Below, in pieces: positions 21,038 to 30,919 of a stretch of DNA of 64,000 bases. The stretch lies in assembly GCA_902635945.1 (NCBI GenBank), contig CACPPU010000001.1:431216-495215 (forward strand). The letters run 5' to 3'. A program made the translations under genes and the position numbers. The notes below the pieces were generated by a model, which was not told the DNA's origin, did not search any database, and worked only from the letters and a program-made list of their open reading frames with translations. This stretch comes from an uncultured Candidatus Actinomarina sp. (lineage in GTDB: Bacteria; Actinomycetota; Acidimicrobiia; Actinomarinales; Actinomarinaceae). Numbering within the stretch: the first letter of the stretch is position 1; every line of letters starts with the position of its first letter.

Positions 21038-21912
21038 TAGAGAATTTTAATATCTTTCATAAATTTACTAATAAAACTTGAGTTTAGAATATTGAGTTTT
21101 GCAAATTTTTCTTCTCCAAGTTCATTCACCATTGCTTTAATTTCATTTACATACCAAATATCTGAGATTTCAAAATTTTCTATCTTACTATTCAAATTAA
21201 CCCCTTCAGTCCAATTCTTTTTTAATTTTTTATATTTAATGTTTTCTTCATTTGATGCCTCTTTGTATTTATTATTAATTTCATCTATATCATTTCCATT
21301 AGCTACTTCCATGCATTGATACCATAATTGTTTAATCTGAGACCGCTCCCAATTAACGAATTGTAAATGTATAAGGGGTATTTTTAAACTAATAGATTTT
21401 TTTACATTAATTTCTGGAATTCTGGAAACATGGTCAATAAATAACGGTGTTCTTTCATAGTCTATTTTTCCGTTATCAATAAACATGAAGGGTTTTCTGT
21501 TTGTAGCTGGATTCCAAATACCTTTATCAGATCTGTATTGCGTCACTTTTCTCCAAACTTGTACCCATGGAGAGGAAAAAACTGTACCTGGAATATTTGT
21601 TAAAATTTTTTCCTTATTTTTTTCAAAAAGTGCCGGTGGAATAATTTCATCTGCATCTATACATATGATTAGATTATTTGGTCCGTACCTTTCTCTAGCA
21701 GTATCAAAAAGTTTCCAACGAATTGTATTAGATGGAGTGGAACTGTCATTACTTATAATCTCAACATCATATTTTTTTAATAATTTACTTGAATCATCAG
21801 TAGAATTGTTGTCAGCAACAATTATTTTGTCAGCAACTCTTCTTAATGGCGGAAAAGTGGTGTCGATTATCCACTCTTCGTTTTTTACTGTCATTAATGC
21901 TATAGTTTTCAT
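21037..21912 (-). CDS. GT-A fold (family 2-like) glycosyltransferase
   Basis: IALMTVKNEEWII ... IIVADNNSTDDS ... ICIDADE. Confidence 0.55.
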   Translation of the reverse strand: MKTIALMTVKNEEWIIDTTFPPLRRVADKIIVADNNSTDDSSKLLKKYDVEIISNDSSTPSNTIRWKLFDTARERYGPNNLIICIDADEIIPPALFEKNKEKILTNIPGTVFSSPWVQVWRKVTQYRSDKGIWNPATNRKPFMFIDNGKIDYERTPLFIDHVSRIPEINVKKSISLKIPLIHLQFVNWERSQIKQLWYQCMEVANGNDIDEINNKYKEASNEENIKYKKLKKNWTEGVNLNSKIENFEISDIWYVNEIKAMVNELGEEKFAKLNILNSSFISKFMKDIKIL

Positions 21913-22147
21913 AAATCTGTGTATTTAAACATATACTATATTTAGAAATAATTTAAGAATAATACCTGCGTTTTAACCAATAGATTATTAATAAACTATT
22001 TATTATATAAATGAGGTAAAAATTATTAAAAAATTAGTAAATAATAGAAAGTTTTTTCTATTTATATTAGCTTCAATATTTATTGTAAATTTAATAACAT
22101 TATTATTCTCTTTTTCAGAATTTAGCAATATTCAATGTAATGAATAT

Positions 22148-23854
22148 TTGGTTATTGAAATAAATGAAACAGATGTTAAAAATTATTTTCAGACTAATCA
22201 ATATTCATTAAAACATGGAGTCGGATACATTGAATTAGATTTATTTCCGGATATAAATTCATTAAAATGTATAGGTAAAAGTGTGGATACTTTTTTATCG
22301 TCAACTACTTATTTAGAAATATTCGCAACTTCTAGCTCTTTATACAAACTTATATCGTTTATATATCCTTTGATATTATTTTCATTATTTATATTTTTTA
22401 AAGAAAAAAATATATTTTTACTAACGTTTTTATTAATACAAAACTATTTAACAATTAGTTTCTTCTTTTTTAAAAGTAATGTAATTAATTTTCAATTATT
22501 TATTTATATTTTTGTATTGATACTTTACAAAAATTCCTCTAAAAATAACTTTCGAGAATGCTTATTCGAGATTGTGTTTGCATTAACTGTTAATTTATTG
22601 CTTTTTAATTATGATCTATATAGCAAGTTACAAATTATTTTAATTTTTCTTTTGTTCAAATATTTTAAAGACATTAAGTTAACAAAGAATCATATAAAAG
22701 TTTTGACATTTGCTCCAATTACCTACTATTTGTTAAGGCAGGTATCTGGACCAATAAGTGTTTTCGGAGAACTCTGGGAAAGTCTCTCATCTGGAATGTA
22801 TCGTGGACCAGCAAGGTTTGCTGATATGTTCTATACATATGGAGTAATTTATTGCAATAAAAATAATTGTGATACTACAAATAACTATGGCCCGCTTTTT
22901 GAAATTATATCATTTAATTTAAATATCAAATTTTTTACTTTCATTACTAGTTTAGGAATAATTTTGATTGCACAATTTTATTACTACAAAATTATGAAAG
23001 AATTGAATAAGAACTACTTTACAGTTTTTTTGATATACACTTGTGGCCCTATTACATTTTTAATTGAGAGGATGAATTTCGATATTGTAGTTATTATCTT
23101 TTCATATTTGGCTATTTACATTTATGAAAAAAACTATAAAACGGTTTCATTATTTATACTATCTTTGCTCACATTAATAAAAGTTTTTCCAATTATTTTT
23201 ATCATCGGAATTATAGTTTATGAAGTTAAGAACAAAGACAAAAAACAAATCATACTGAACACAATACTGGCAGTATCTCTCTCAATTGCATATGTGTATT
23301 ATTACACTAATGATATACAGTCTGGCTTCACTCCTAACCCTTATGGTATAACTTGGACTTTTGGAATTTTGTCTGATTTTCAAAATTATAGAAACTATCT
23401 TGGTTTATTTGCATTTGCTCCTTACGTGCTAATTGGATCTTCTATATTTATTATCAAAAAAGTAAATAAATATAGAGAAACATTAATACTTAATTCCAAT
23501 GACCAACTTTTAGAATTCTGTTTTCTCATTACTTTTCTTGCAATATCTTTTTACTATAATTTTGACTATCGCCTTGGGTTTCTAATTCTCCCAACTATCT
23601 TACTTGTAAAAAACTATGGTAATAATTTTTTAACATTTTGCAGTACGATATTTTTATGTACTAGCGTTTCACCTTTTCTTATTGTTGAAAACATATCATC
23701 AAATATTATTAGCTTCATGATTTCTTTTATTTATATTCTGATAAACCATCTTTCTTTTTACATATTGATTTTCTACATAACCCTTACAGTCTTTAACTAT
23801 TTAAAAATTGAATTTAACAAATTAAGTCTTGGAAGAAAAAATTACATGCTGTGA
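22148..23854 (+). CDS. Large polytopic membrane protein (GT-C / polymerase-like), 5' end uncertain
   Basis: At least 12 hydrophobic helices. The frame stays open upstream to 21995 and encodes a further TM helix, but without a canonical start codon (see finding). Confidence 0.5.
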   Translation: MVIEINETDVKNYFQTNQYSLKHGVGYIELDLFPDINSLKCIGKSVDTFLSSTTYLEIFATSSSLYKLISFIYPLILFSLFIFFKEKNIFLLTFLLIQNYLTISFFFFKSNVINFQLFIYIFVLILYKNSSKNNFRECLFEIVFALTVNLLLFNYDLYSKLQIILIFLLFKYFKDIKLTKNHIKVLTFAPITYYLLRQVSGPISVFGELWESLSSGMYRGPARFADMFYTYGVIYCNKNNCDTTNNYGPLFEIISFNLNIKFFTFITSLGIILIAQFYYYKIMKELNKNYFTVFLIYTCGPITFLIERMNFDIVVIIFSYLAIYIYEKNYKTVSLFILSLLTLIKVFPIIFIIGIIVYEVKNKDKKQIILNTILAVSLSIAYVYYYTNDIQSGFTPNPYGITWTFGILSDFQNYRNYLGLFAFAPYVLIGSSIFIIKKVNKYRETLILNSNDQLLEFCFLITFLAISFYYNFDYRLGFLILPTILLVKNYGNNFLTFCSTIFLCTSVSPFLIVENISSNIISFMISFIYILINHLSFYILIFYITLTVFNYLKIEFNKLSLGRKNYML

Positions 23855-23885
23855 AATTTATTTACTTTTAAGTATTATCTGAATA

Positions 23886-25862
23886 TTGAAAAAAATACTA
23901 AACCTATTTGATATTTCTAACATTAAGAGGATTTCGTTTAGAAATGACATCAACGGCCTAAGAGCTATTGCTGTAATGGCAGTCGTTTTTTACCATGCTG
24001 AATTTAGTTTATTTAAAGGAGGCTGGCTTGGTGTTGATGTTTTTTTTGTTATATCTGGTTATTTAATTTCAAATATTATTATTTCGGAATTAAACAGTAA
24101 AACTTTTTCTTTTAAGAGTTTTTACAAAAGAAGGGCAAAAAGAATCCTTCCCGCATTGTTCTCAATAATATTAATTACAATACCTTTTGCCTATTTTTTA
24201 ATGAGTCCAAAGGCTATGGCGGAATATATAAGTTCCATTTTTGCCTCAGTTTTCTTTTTTGCTAATTTTCATTTCCAGAACTTAGATTTCTATGTATCTG
24301 AATCTGCAAAAGTAATGCCATTGCTTCATACCTGGAGTCTTGCTGTCGAGGAGCAATTCTATATAATTTTTCCTGTTTTTACAGTGCTAGTTTATAGATA
24401 TTTAAAAAAATACTTTACAGCATTAATTCTAATAATGACAGTTGTTTCAATTTATATAAATACATTGGTTGATGGAGTTTACAAATTCTATCAGCTTCAC
24501 TTTAGAGCTTGGGAATTACTGTTGGGTGTTCTTGTAATGATTTTTAGCAGCAATTTATCAATAAAGCATTTAGAAAAAGTTGGTTTCCCATTGTTAGTAA
24601 TTCCTATGTTTTACTTTGACGATGCTTGGATTAACGATATTGAACCAAAATTGATTTCATTAACGGGAGTTGCATTATTAATATTTTCTAATTCAAGAAA
24701 TACGGTTACAACCAAATTGCTTAGTATAAAAGCCTTGTCAATAATTGGTCTTAGTTCATACTCTATTTACTTACTTCATCAACCAATATTTGTTTTTTTT
24801 AGACTATTTAATATAAATAAACACCTATATTTTCAATCATATAGTGATTCGATAGACATAATAAATGATCCCCCTGTAATCAGTGAAAATCCTTACGGTA
24901 CCGTTTTCTTAATTTGTATAATACTAATACTCTTTTTAGTGGGCACCCAGTTATATAAATATGTAGAAATAAACAAAAAAAGGAGTTTAATTGCTCTAAT
25001 TAATTTAATATTTTTACTAATTTTTTCAATAAGTCAAACAATCAAAATCGATGTTTATAATCAAAAATTTGATCAAACCAGATTAACAAAAAATGAAGCT
25101 GTTTTTACAGACTATGGTTGCTGGGGTAACTTTTCAGACTGGAACGGGACTGCTGATATTGACAACTGCTTCATAGACAATGGTTTTAGTGAAAATTTAG
25201 TTTTTATAGGAGACTCTAGTACTGCAGCTATCGTAAAAAACTTTACTAAAGAAAATGAATTAAATTATAAATTTAACTATTTATTTTTAACACCTGCATC
25301 TCACAAAATATTTTTTTCCGAAATAGATTTTGAAGACCAATGCAATGACTGTGTTGTTGAACTATTTCGAAACAAAAAATACGTTAACACCTTTATTATT
25401 TCTTTAGAGCTACATAGATTTATTGAAGACAATACAAGTGTTTACTATACCGATAGATACTCTGAAAACAATAATTCAGAAATATTGTTTTCAAATTTAG
25501 AGCAACTCTCTTTATATGGAAAAGAAATAATTTTTATTGAACCCTTCCCAACAATGTTAGCTAATAAGCCAACTCATTTAGAAATAATACTCTCAAAAAA
25601 TATTGAAAGTATTCAAGAGATTTATATTCCATATTCAGATTGGAAAAAAAATATAAATAAAACAGATAATTTTATAGAACAGCTCAACTCCAGCATTCCT
25701 AATTTACATACGATTGAAACTCAAAATATTTTTTGTGGAACAGAATCAAATAAATGTGTTGTATATAAAAGTCCAATAACTTTCTATTTAGATCGTTACC
25801 ACCTAACTTCTAACGGTGGATTGAAAATAGCAAACGAAATAATTAAATATATAGACAAGTAA
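23886..25862 (+). CDS. Acyltransferase-3 family O-acyltransferase with C-terminal SGNH-like domain (OafA/YrhL-like)
   Basis: NGLRAIAVMAVVFYHA, GVDVFFVISGY and HTWSLAVEEQFY are acyltransferase_3 signatures. A roughly 250-aa extracytoplasmic C-terminal domain carries GDSS. TTG start. Confidence 0.8.
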   Translation: MKKILNLFDISNIKRISFRNDINGLRAIAVMAVVFYHAEFSLFKGGWLGVDVFFVISGYLISNIIISELNSKTFSFKSFYKRRAKRILPALFSIILITIPFAYFLMSPKAMAEYISSIFASVFFFANFHFQNLDFYVSESAKVMPLLHTWSLAVEEQFYIIFPVFTVLVYRYLKKYFTALILIMTVVSIYINTLVDGVYKFYQLHFRAWELLLGVLVMIFSSNLSIKHLEKVGFPLLVIPMFYFDDAWINDIEPKLISLTGVALLIFSNSRNTVTTKLLSIKALSIIGLSSYSIYLLHQPIFVFFRLFNINKHLYFQSYSDSIDIINDPPVISENPYGTVFLICIILILFLVGTQLYKYVEINKKRSLIALINLIFLLIFSISQTIKIDVYNQKFDQTRLTKNEAVFTDYGCWGNFSDWNGTADIDNCFIDNGFSENLVFIGDSSTAAIVKNFTKENELNYKFNYLFLTPASHKIFFSEIDFEDQCNDCVVELFRNKKYVNTFIISLELHRFIEDNTSVYYTDRYSENNNSEILFSNLEQLSLYGKEIIFIEPFPTMLANKPTHLEIILSKNIESIQEIYIPYSDWKKNINKTDNFIEQLNSSIPNLHTIETQNIFCGTESNKCVVYKSPITFYLDRYHLTSNGGLKIANEIIKYIDK

Positions 25863-25880
25863 AAAAATAAATTAAGTTAA

Positions 25881-26699
25881 TTAACTTAAATGTGCAGCGT
25901 AATTTAAATGTTTTTTCGAATTAGGCTTGTCTAAGTTGTGTGGTAGTGATAATACTTTCTTATTAACATTACATTTGGCAAATGTTAGCTCAACTACCTT
26001 TGGGCAATCATTTGAGGTCAGACCTCCAACATTATTTATGTGTGTATGTACAAGCTTCAAAGAAAATAATTCAATAAATTTTTTTATTTCCTCTAAATGT
26101 TCCTGAATTTCATGAAACTCTATAACTAATCCTATTATTTTGTTTTGGTGATTTAGTAACTCGCTTAAAATAGAATATTCTCCTCCCTCAATATCTATCT
26201 GGAAAAATATTTTATCAAATGTACTACTTGGATCAAATTTTTCTAATATGCTTAAGATACTTATTTCAGAGTGCTTTGTTCCAACAAATTTTTTTACAAA
26301 TTTTCTATAATTCCCATTAAGCCTAGAGTTTCTAAAATTCTTAAAAAAGAAATAGAATTTAAATAGGTATGAAAAATAATACATAGAGTCTAAAAAATAT
26401 TTAAAGTCTTTTTTTATAAATATTTGCTTTAATCTAAATTTAATTTTCTTTAAAGTACTTATGATTCCAGCAGAACCATCGAATGCTAGAAGAGGCACTT
26501 TATTTATTTTTAAAAAACTTTTTTCAAAATCAAAACTCCAACCAACTCCAATTGAAATTAGCAAGTTAGAATCAAGCAATGAATTTTTATCTATCAAGTA
26601 TGAGCCATCTTGAGTATTTCCTATTCTAATTAAATCTTTAGTATCATATGGAAATAAAAAATGGGGCAAATTAACTATTTTTATTGAATCATTAACCAT
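25881..26699 (-). CDS. FkbM-like methyltransferase
   Basis: FQIDIEGGEYSIL matches the FkbM C-terminal motif. The N-terminal part is divergent. Confidence 0.5.
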   Translation of the reverse strand: MVNDSIKIVNLPHFLFPYDTKDLIRIGNTQDGSYLIDKNSLLDSNLLISIGVGWSFDFEKSFLKINKVPLLAFDGSAGIISTLKKIKFRLKQIFIKKDFKYFLDSMYYFSYLFKFYFFFKNFRNSRLNGNYRKFVKKFVGTKHSEISILSILEKFDPSSTFDKIFFQIDIEGGEYSILSELLNHQNKIIGLVIEFHEIQEHLEEIKKFIELFSLKLVHTHINNVGGLTSNDCPKVVELTFAKCNVNKKVLSLPHNLDKPNSKKHLNYAAHLS

Positions 26700-26744
26700 G
26701 TCGTAATATTTATCTTATGAATTATATTTATTTATTCAATTCTT

Positions 26745-27551
26745 TTATTTTTTTGTAATGACAGCAAGACTCCCGGCAGAAAGTTTTGAATTTTTTGAAC
26801 CTTCATTTCTTATTGTATGATAACCGTTTTCAATATTTTGTTTTTTAGTTCGAGGAGCATAAATAATGTCTATACTTTTTATGTTTTCTGATAAAAAATT
26901 ATTCTCAAAATCACTTAAATATTCCGAAAAGAATATCTTTTCTTCGTTAAATTTCTCAAAACAATAGTGAAGCGTATCACTAAAGAGTTCTTTACTTGGT
27001 AAATTTTCGAAATCTATATCCTCTTCACTTAGCTTATACTTTTGTCCCCAATTACTGCCAGTTTGAAAGTCCCATAATGTACACATGTCTTCAATAACAT
27101 AAACACCATTATGATTTAATTTCTGAAATAATATCCCAAGACTTTGAATTGATTCTTTTTGAAAATGTGATGCATCATCAATGATAAAATCAAAGTTTAT
27201 GTCTTGAAAAATTTCATTTAATTTAACTGAATCATTCTGTTCACATAAATAAGGGTATATTTTATGACTCTCTTTTTTTAAATTATTTATAACTTCTTCA
27301 GAAAAAATTGTGTTGTTAGTCAGTGGATTTTCCGTACCTAAATGATCTATGCAGTATATGTTTCCTTTTTTGAAATATTTATCCCACATTTTTATAGATG
27401 CTCCCTTAAAAATGCCGAGCTCTAATAAATTTATTTCTTTGTTTTTTTTATTACCAAATAATTCATCATAATAATGTACATATCCATGGGAACTTTTATC
27501 TGTACCATATTTCTCGGATAATTTATAAAGTTTATTACTCGTTAATTTCAT
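26745..27551 (-). CDS. Class I SAM-dependent methyltransferase
   Basis: KYGTDKSSHGYVHYYDELF, then the LLELGIFKGASIKMW (motif I-like) and FIIDDASH pattern. Its start codon lies 8 nt from a tRNA-Phe fragment. Confidence 0.55.
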   Translation of the reverse strand: MKLTSNKLYKLSEKYGTDKSSHGYVHYYDELFGNKKNKEINLLELGIFKGASIKMWDKYFKKGNIYCIDHLGTENPLTNNTIFSEEVINNLKKESHKIYPYLCEQNDSVKLNEIFQDINFDFIIDDASHFQKESIQSLGILFQKLNHNGVYVIEDMCTLWDFQTGSNWGQKYKLSEEDIDFENLPSKELFSDTLHYCFEKFNEEKIFFSEYLSDFENNFLSENIKSIDIIYAPRTKKQNIENGYHTIRNEGSKNSKLSAGSLAVITKK

Positions 27552-27558
27552 ATTTTTT

Positions 27559-27603
27559 GTGGCCAGAGGCAGAATCGAACTGCCGACCCCTTGTTTTTCA
27601 GAC
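27559..27603 (-). repeat. Partial tRNA-Phe copy A (3' 45 nt: anticodon loop to first C of CCA), att-like direct repeat
   Basis: Exact 45-nt identity with 33102-33146 of the intact tRNA-Phe gene, in the same orientation. Confidence 0.9.
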
Positions 27604-27721
27604 TAGGGCAAACCTTGTGACCTAAGAGAATTATAACTTATTCGACACTACTAAACAGTACTTTCACAGACACAAATTTTAGGGACTGAGTATGTAAAAT
27701 ATCGTATTGTCTTCTATTGAG

Positions 27722-27742
27722 TGGACGACGTTTGGACGACGT
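27722..27742 (+). repeat. Tandem direct repeat TGGACGACGT x2 (11-nt period)
   Basis: Read directly: tggacgacgt-t-tggacgacgt. It is GC-rich in an AT-rich non-coding stretch. Confidence 0.7.
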
Positions 27743-27772
27743 CAGAATTCACAGTTCAGAGTTATGCAAAGC

Positions 27773-28621
27773 TTAGGTAAAAGTTAGTAATTTATTATTT
27801 TTATGTGATTGAGGGTTTTCTTCCAGAACTATTAAATTAGGAATAATTTCTTTTAATTCATCTATTGTGTAAAAGTTGTATTTTTTTAAAAAAAAGTCTT
27901 TCTCAAGGTTGTGACTATTAACAATCATATATCCACTCCTAGATTTGTTGATTATTTTATTTAATGCAAGGTTTTGAAGATTTCTAGGAAGTTCACTAAA
28001 TGCATAATTGGAAATTATTAAATCGAATTCAAAATCATCTTGAAAATCATCTTCTAAGCTTTTAAAAGAATAATTAAAATTTACTTTAAAATTATTTAGG
28101 AATCTATCTATCAAAAGATTAACCTCTTTTAAGTCAACAAAAAGATAATTTTCAATATTAATAATTTTATCAAGTATTACTGATTGACCACCATAGCCTG
28201 CACCAATTTCAACTACATTTATTTTTTCAGTTATATTGAGCTTACTTTTTATGTCTAATCCTGTGTATAAGTATCTTAAAGATGAACCAGTAAGCTCAGT
28301 TGTAGAATCACTAAATTTAATTTTTTTAGGATTTCCAGGTTGGTCTAGAATTTTACAAATTGAATAAATATAATCATCTGAATAATTTAAATTTTTTAAA
28401 GCTTGATAATATTCCTTAGAAAGTTCAGGTGAAACATGTTCAAGAACGCTCGTATATGAACTATTATTTCTAAAATTTTGAAACACTTCATTGTCTTCTG
28501 AGGCGATTTTACAATATTCAGGATACCTTTTATTTGAAGAACGTGATAATTTAAAGTCAGACGTTAAATACTCAATGATTTTATAGATTAACTTTAAAAC
28601 TCTGTTTTTAAGTTTTCTCAT
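27773..28621 (-). CDS. Class I SAM-dependent methyltransferase (sugar O-methyltransferase-like)
   Basis: VVEIGAGYGGQSVIL (motif I) and LIISNYAFSELP. Confidence 0.5.
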   Translation of the reverse strand: MRKLKNRVLKLIYKIIEYLTSDFKLSRSSNKRYPEYCKIASEDNEVFQNFRNNSSYTSVLEHVSPELSKEYYQALKNLNYSDDYIYSICKILDQPGNPKKIKFSDSTTELTGSSLRYLYTGLDIKSKLNITEKINVVEIGAGYGGQSVILDKIINIENYLFVDLKEVNLLIDRFLNNFKVNFNYSFKSLEDDFQDDFEFDLIISNYAFSELPRNLQNLALNKIINKSRSGYMIVNSHNLEKDFFLKKYNFYTIDELKEIIPNLIVLEENPQSHKNNKLLTFT

Positions 28622-28671
28622 ATATATTATTTTAAAGACAATATTAATTCAGTTCTTTAAAATTAGAATCA

Positions 28672-30309
28672 ATGAACATTGTTATTTATTTAATCTTTTA
28701 TTTAACTCTCTTCACGCTTGGTGAAGTAATCAGAAGTTTGGTTTTTAAAGATCAAACTAAAATTTTCGGGGTAAATATATCAGTTTTTAATCCACTCTTT
28801 TTTTTGTTTTTTGCCGCAAATACAGTATTTCTTTTAAATTTCTTTTTACCAGGACTTAATATAGTTTACGGAGTATGGGTTTTTTCATTCCTAATATTAT
28901 TTTTAAAATTAAAAACAATTAATATTGATTTTGTATTTTTAATTCCTCCTTTAATTATTTCAGCTCTCTTGGGTTTTTCGATTTATGGAATTGACTTTCA
29001 TTACGATGCAGGTTTCTATCATCTCTTAAATCAAAGCTGGATTATCAGGGAAAAGGTTGTCTTTGGTTTAAGCAATATAATGTTTCCATTAGGTAATCAA
29101 AGTTTATATGAGTATTTATCAACATTGTTTTGGATTTCGGATAATTTTATAAATCTTCATTATTTAAATTTATCTTTTATAACTGTATTTTTTCACTTTA
29201 TTTTTGAGATTACTAAAAATGGTAACTCAAATTTTTTGAGACTTGCTGGAATAACCATAACAGTGTTTGGTTTTTTAGATAATGTAGGGTACAGGGGCGG
29301 TGCAAATGGTTTCCCAAACCTCCAGCACATTGGCAAACCAGATATTACTGTTGCAGTTCTTGTAATTATTTTTAATATATTAATAATTAATTATCTGGTT
29401 TCAAATGATACATCTCACATAAATATGAAGTTAATCTTATTCTTTGGCATTTTTTTAATTCAAATAAAGCCAACCAGTATGTACATACTCTTAATAATTT
29501 TTATTCATTTTTTTAGTACTAATTTTTCTTTTTTAAAGGCCAAATCTAACTTTAGATTTATAATTTCAGCAGTAGCACTGAATTTTTTTTGGGTATTAAA
29601 AAATGTTATTACAACAGGATGCCTTCTTTTTCCTGTGTCATTTACATGTTTTTATAGTTTACCTTGGTCAAATCAAAACTTAGTAAATGAAGCAAACAAA
29701 CACTATAGCGATGCATATTTGCCATACAAGATTGGTACTAATCCAATTGAATGGTTTGACAGTTGGAGAGAAGTAAATGTAAATAATCAAATTATGATAA
29801 ATTTTTTATTAAGTTTTGTGTGTATTTATTTTCTATTGAAATTGTTTACAGTTAAATCTAATAAAAAATCTTCTAAAAGCTTTGCTGTCAAAACGTACCT
29901 GTGGATTTCTTTAATATCTTTCTTTATATCGGTGCCATTATTTAGATACTCTTACGGAATACTGTCTTCACTTATTCTAGTTTTAGTAGTAGATAGATCT
30001 CTAAAGTTTGATTTAAGCCAAAAAAGAATATTGAACAATTTGTTGTTAATTATAATTTTAATCAGCCCTGGTCTTGTTGTTCGAGGGTACAGCTATATAA
30101 ACTTTATAAATATGCCCACAAATTATATAGAGCTAAAAATTCCATCTATCCAGTTCACAAAGAGCCAGTTTTATGGCGAATTACCAATTAAAGAAACCCT
30201 AAATCCAAATAAGAAATGCTGGATTAATGTTGAGTGCAATCCGGAAGACAAACAAATTTCAAAGAGAGAATATTTTGGTTATGTTTTTTTATCAGAAGAA
30301 AACGATTAA
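28672..30309 (+). CDS. Large polytopic membrane protein (polymerase / GT-C-like)
   Basis: 545 aa with at least 12 hydrophobic helices. No soluble catalytic domain recognised. Confidence 0.45.
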   Translation: MNIVIYLIFYLTLFTLGEVIRSLVFKDQTKIFGVNISVFNPLFFLFFAANTVFLLNFFLPGLNIVYGVWVFSFLILFLKLKTINIDFVFLIPPLIISALLGFSIYGIDFHYDAGFYHLLNQSWIIREKVVFGLSNIMFPLGNQSLYEYLSTLFWISDNFINLHYLNLSFITVFFHFIFEITKNGNSNFLRLAGITITVFGFLDNVGYRGGANGFPNLQHIGKPDITVAVLVIIFNILIINYLVSNDTSHINMKLILFFGIFLIQIKPTSMYILLIIFIHFFSTNFSFLKAKSNFRFIISAVALNFFWVLKNVITTGCLLFPVSFTCFYSLPWSNQNLVNEANKHYSDAYLPYKIGTNPIEWFDSWREVNVNNQIMINFLLSFVCIYFLLKLFTVKSNKKSSKSFAVKTYLWISLISFFISVPLFRYSYGILSSLILVLVVDRSLKFDLSQKRILNNLLLIIILISPGLVVRGYSYINFINMPTNYIELKIPSIQFTKSQFYGELPIKETLNPNKKCWINVECNPEDKQISKREYFGYVFLSEEND

Positions 30310-30412
30310 TCTAGAGCCCATTTAAAAAAAGTCTTCTAAAGTATTTGGGGTAGTAAAACTACTCCCCAGAAAAAAAATATACCCCCCACGTTTATTGGGT
30401 TTATGGATAGGT

Positions 30413-30422
30413 TGGACGACGT
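30413..30422 (+). repeat. Third copy of TGGACGACGT
   Basis: An exact 10-mer (11-mer TTGGACGACGT shared with 27732-27742), 26 nt left of tRNA-Phe fragment B. Confidence 0.7.
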
Positions 30423-30447
30423 TTTGTTTTTAAGAGGAAAAAACCCT

Positions 30448-30491
30448 GTGGCCAGAGGCAGAATCGAACTGCCGACCCCTTGTTTTTCAGA
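30448..30491 (-). repeat. Partial tRNA-Phe copy B (3' 44 nt), att-like direct repeat
   Basis: Exact 44-nt identity with 33102-33145 and 27559-27602. Confidence 0.9.
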
Positions 30492-30634
30492 TAAGGGTAA
30501 ACCTTTAAGGCCTACTTAATTTTACCTTATTCATTATTAATGTTCGCTCGTTGTTAGACACCCATATAACGTGAGTTAGCGGTAAATAAATAGGAATAAT
30601 TTATTGAGCTGAGGGCAGAATGTGGGCAGTTTTA

Positions 30635-30919
30635 TTAGTCATCTATTTCGAGCCACAAAATAATGAAACCGACAAGAATAAACGCTCCACCGAAATAGCC
30701 AAAAAAGTATTTGGATAACAGAGAAAAGGTATCCCAATAATAGATTAAGTAAACACCAGCCGCAGCCATAGTAAAAGGTAGATTTTTTCTGTCAGTGAGA
30801 ATATTAGCTATCACTTCAAATGGACCACTTACGTTGTGTTTGACCTTAAAATCATAATATCTGATTCCAAAAAAAAGAATTAATGCAGCAATCAGATATA
30901 TCATAATTTTACCTTTCAC
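30635..30919 (-). CDS. Small integral membrane protein (about 3 TM), unknown function
   Basis: 94 aa. Hydrophobic segments are IYLIAALILFFGI, AAAGVYLIYYW and GAFILVGFIILWL. It overlaps the upstream gene by 11 nt. Confidence 0.5.
   Translation of the reverse strand: MKGKIMIYLIAALILFFGIRYYDFKVKHNVSGPFEVIANILTDRKNLPFTMAAAGVYLIYYWDTFSLLSKYFFGYFGGAFILVGFIILWLEIDD

Larger units (their letters stand above)
27604..30447. mobile_element. Islet 1: tRNA-Phe-associated inserted segment without a recombinase (remnant or trans-mobilised)
   Basis: Bounded by tRNA-Phe fragment copies A and B. It carries two cargo genes (a methyltransferase and a polytopic membrane protein). A GC-rich 10-mer occurs at both ends. 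Confidence 0.5.

Noticed and set aside
30347-30367. Hairpin GGGGTAGT-aaa-ACTAC(T)CCCC downstream of the gene 28672-30309, considered as a terminator
   Set aside because: The stem has a bulge and is followed by an A run, not a T run, on the relevant strand, so it does not fit an intrinsic terminator for either flanking gene.
30605-30630. gagggcagaatgtgggcag near the end of islet 2, which resembles part of the tRNA-Phe T arm (gaggcagaatcgaactgcc), considered as a fourth degenerate att copy
   Set aside because: Only about 10 nt match contiguously, which is too short to distinguish from chance without a statistical alignment.
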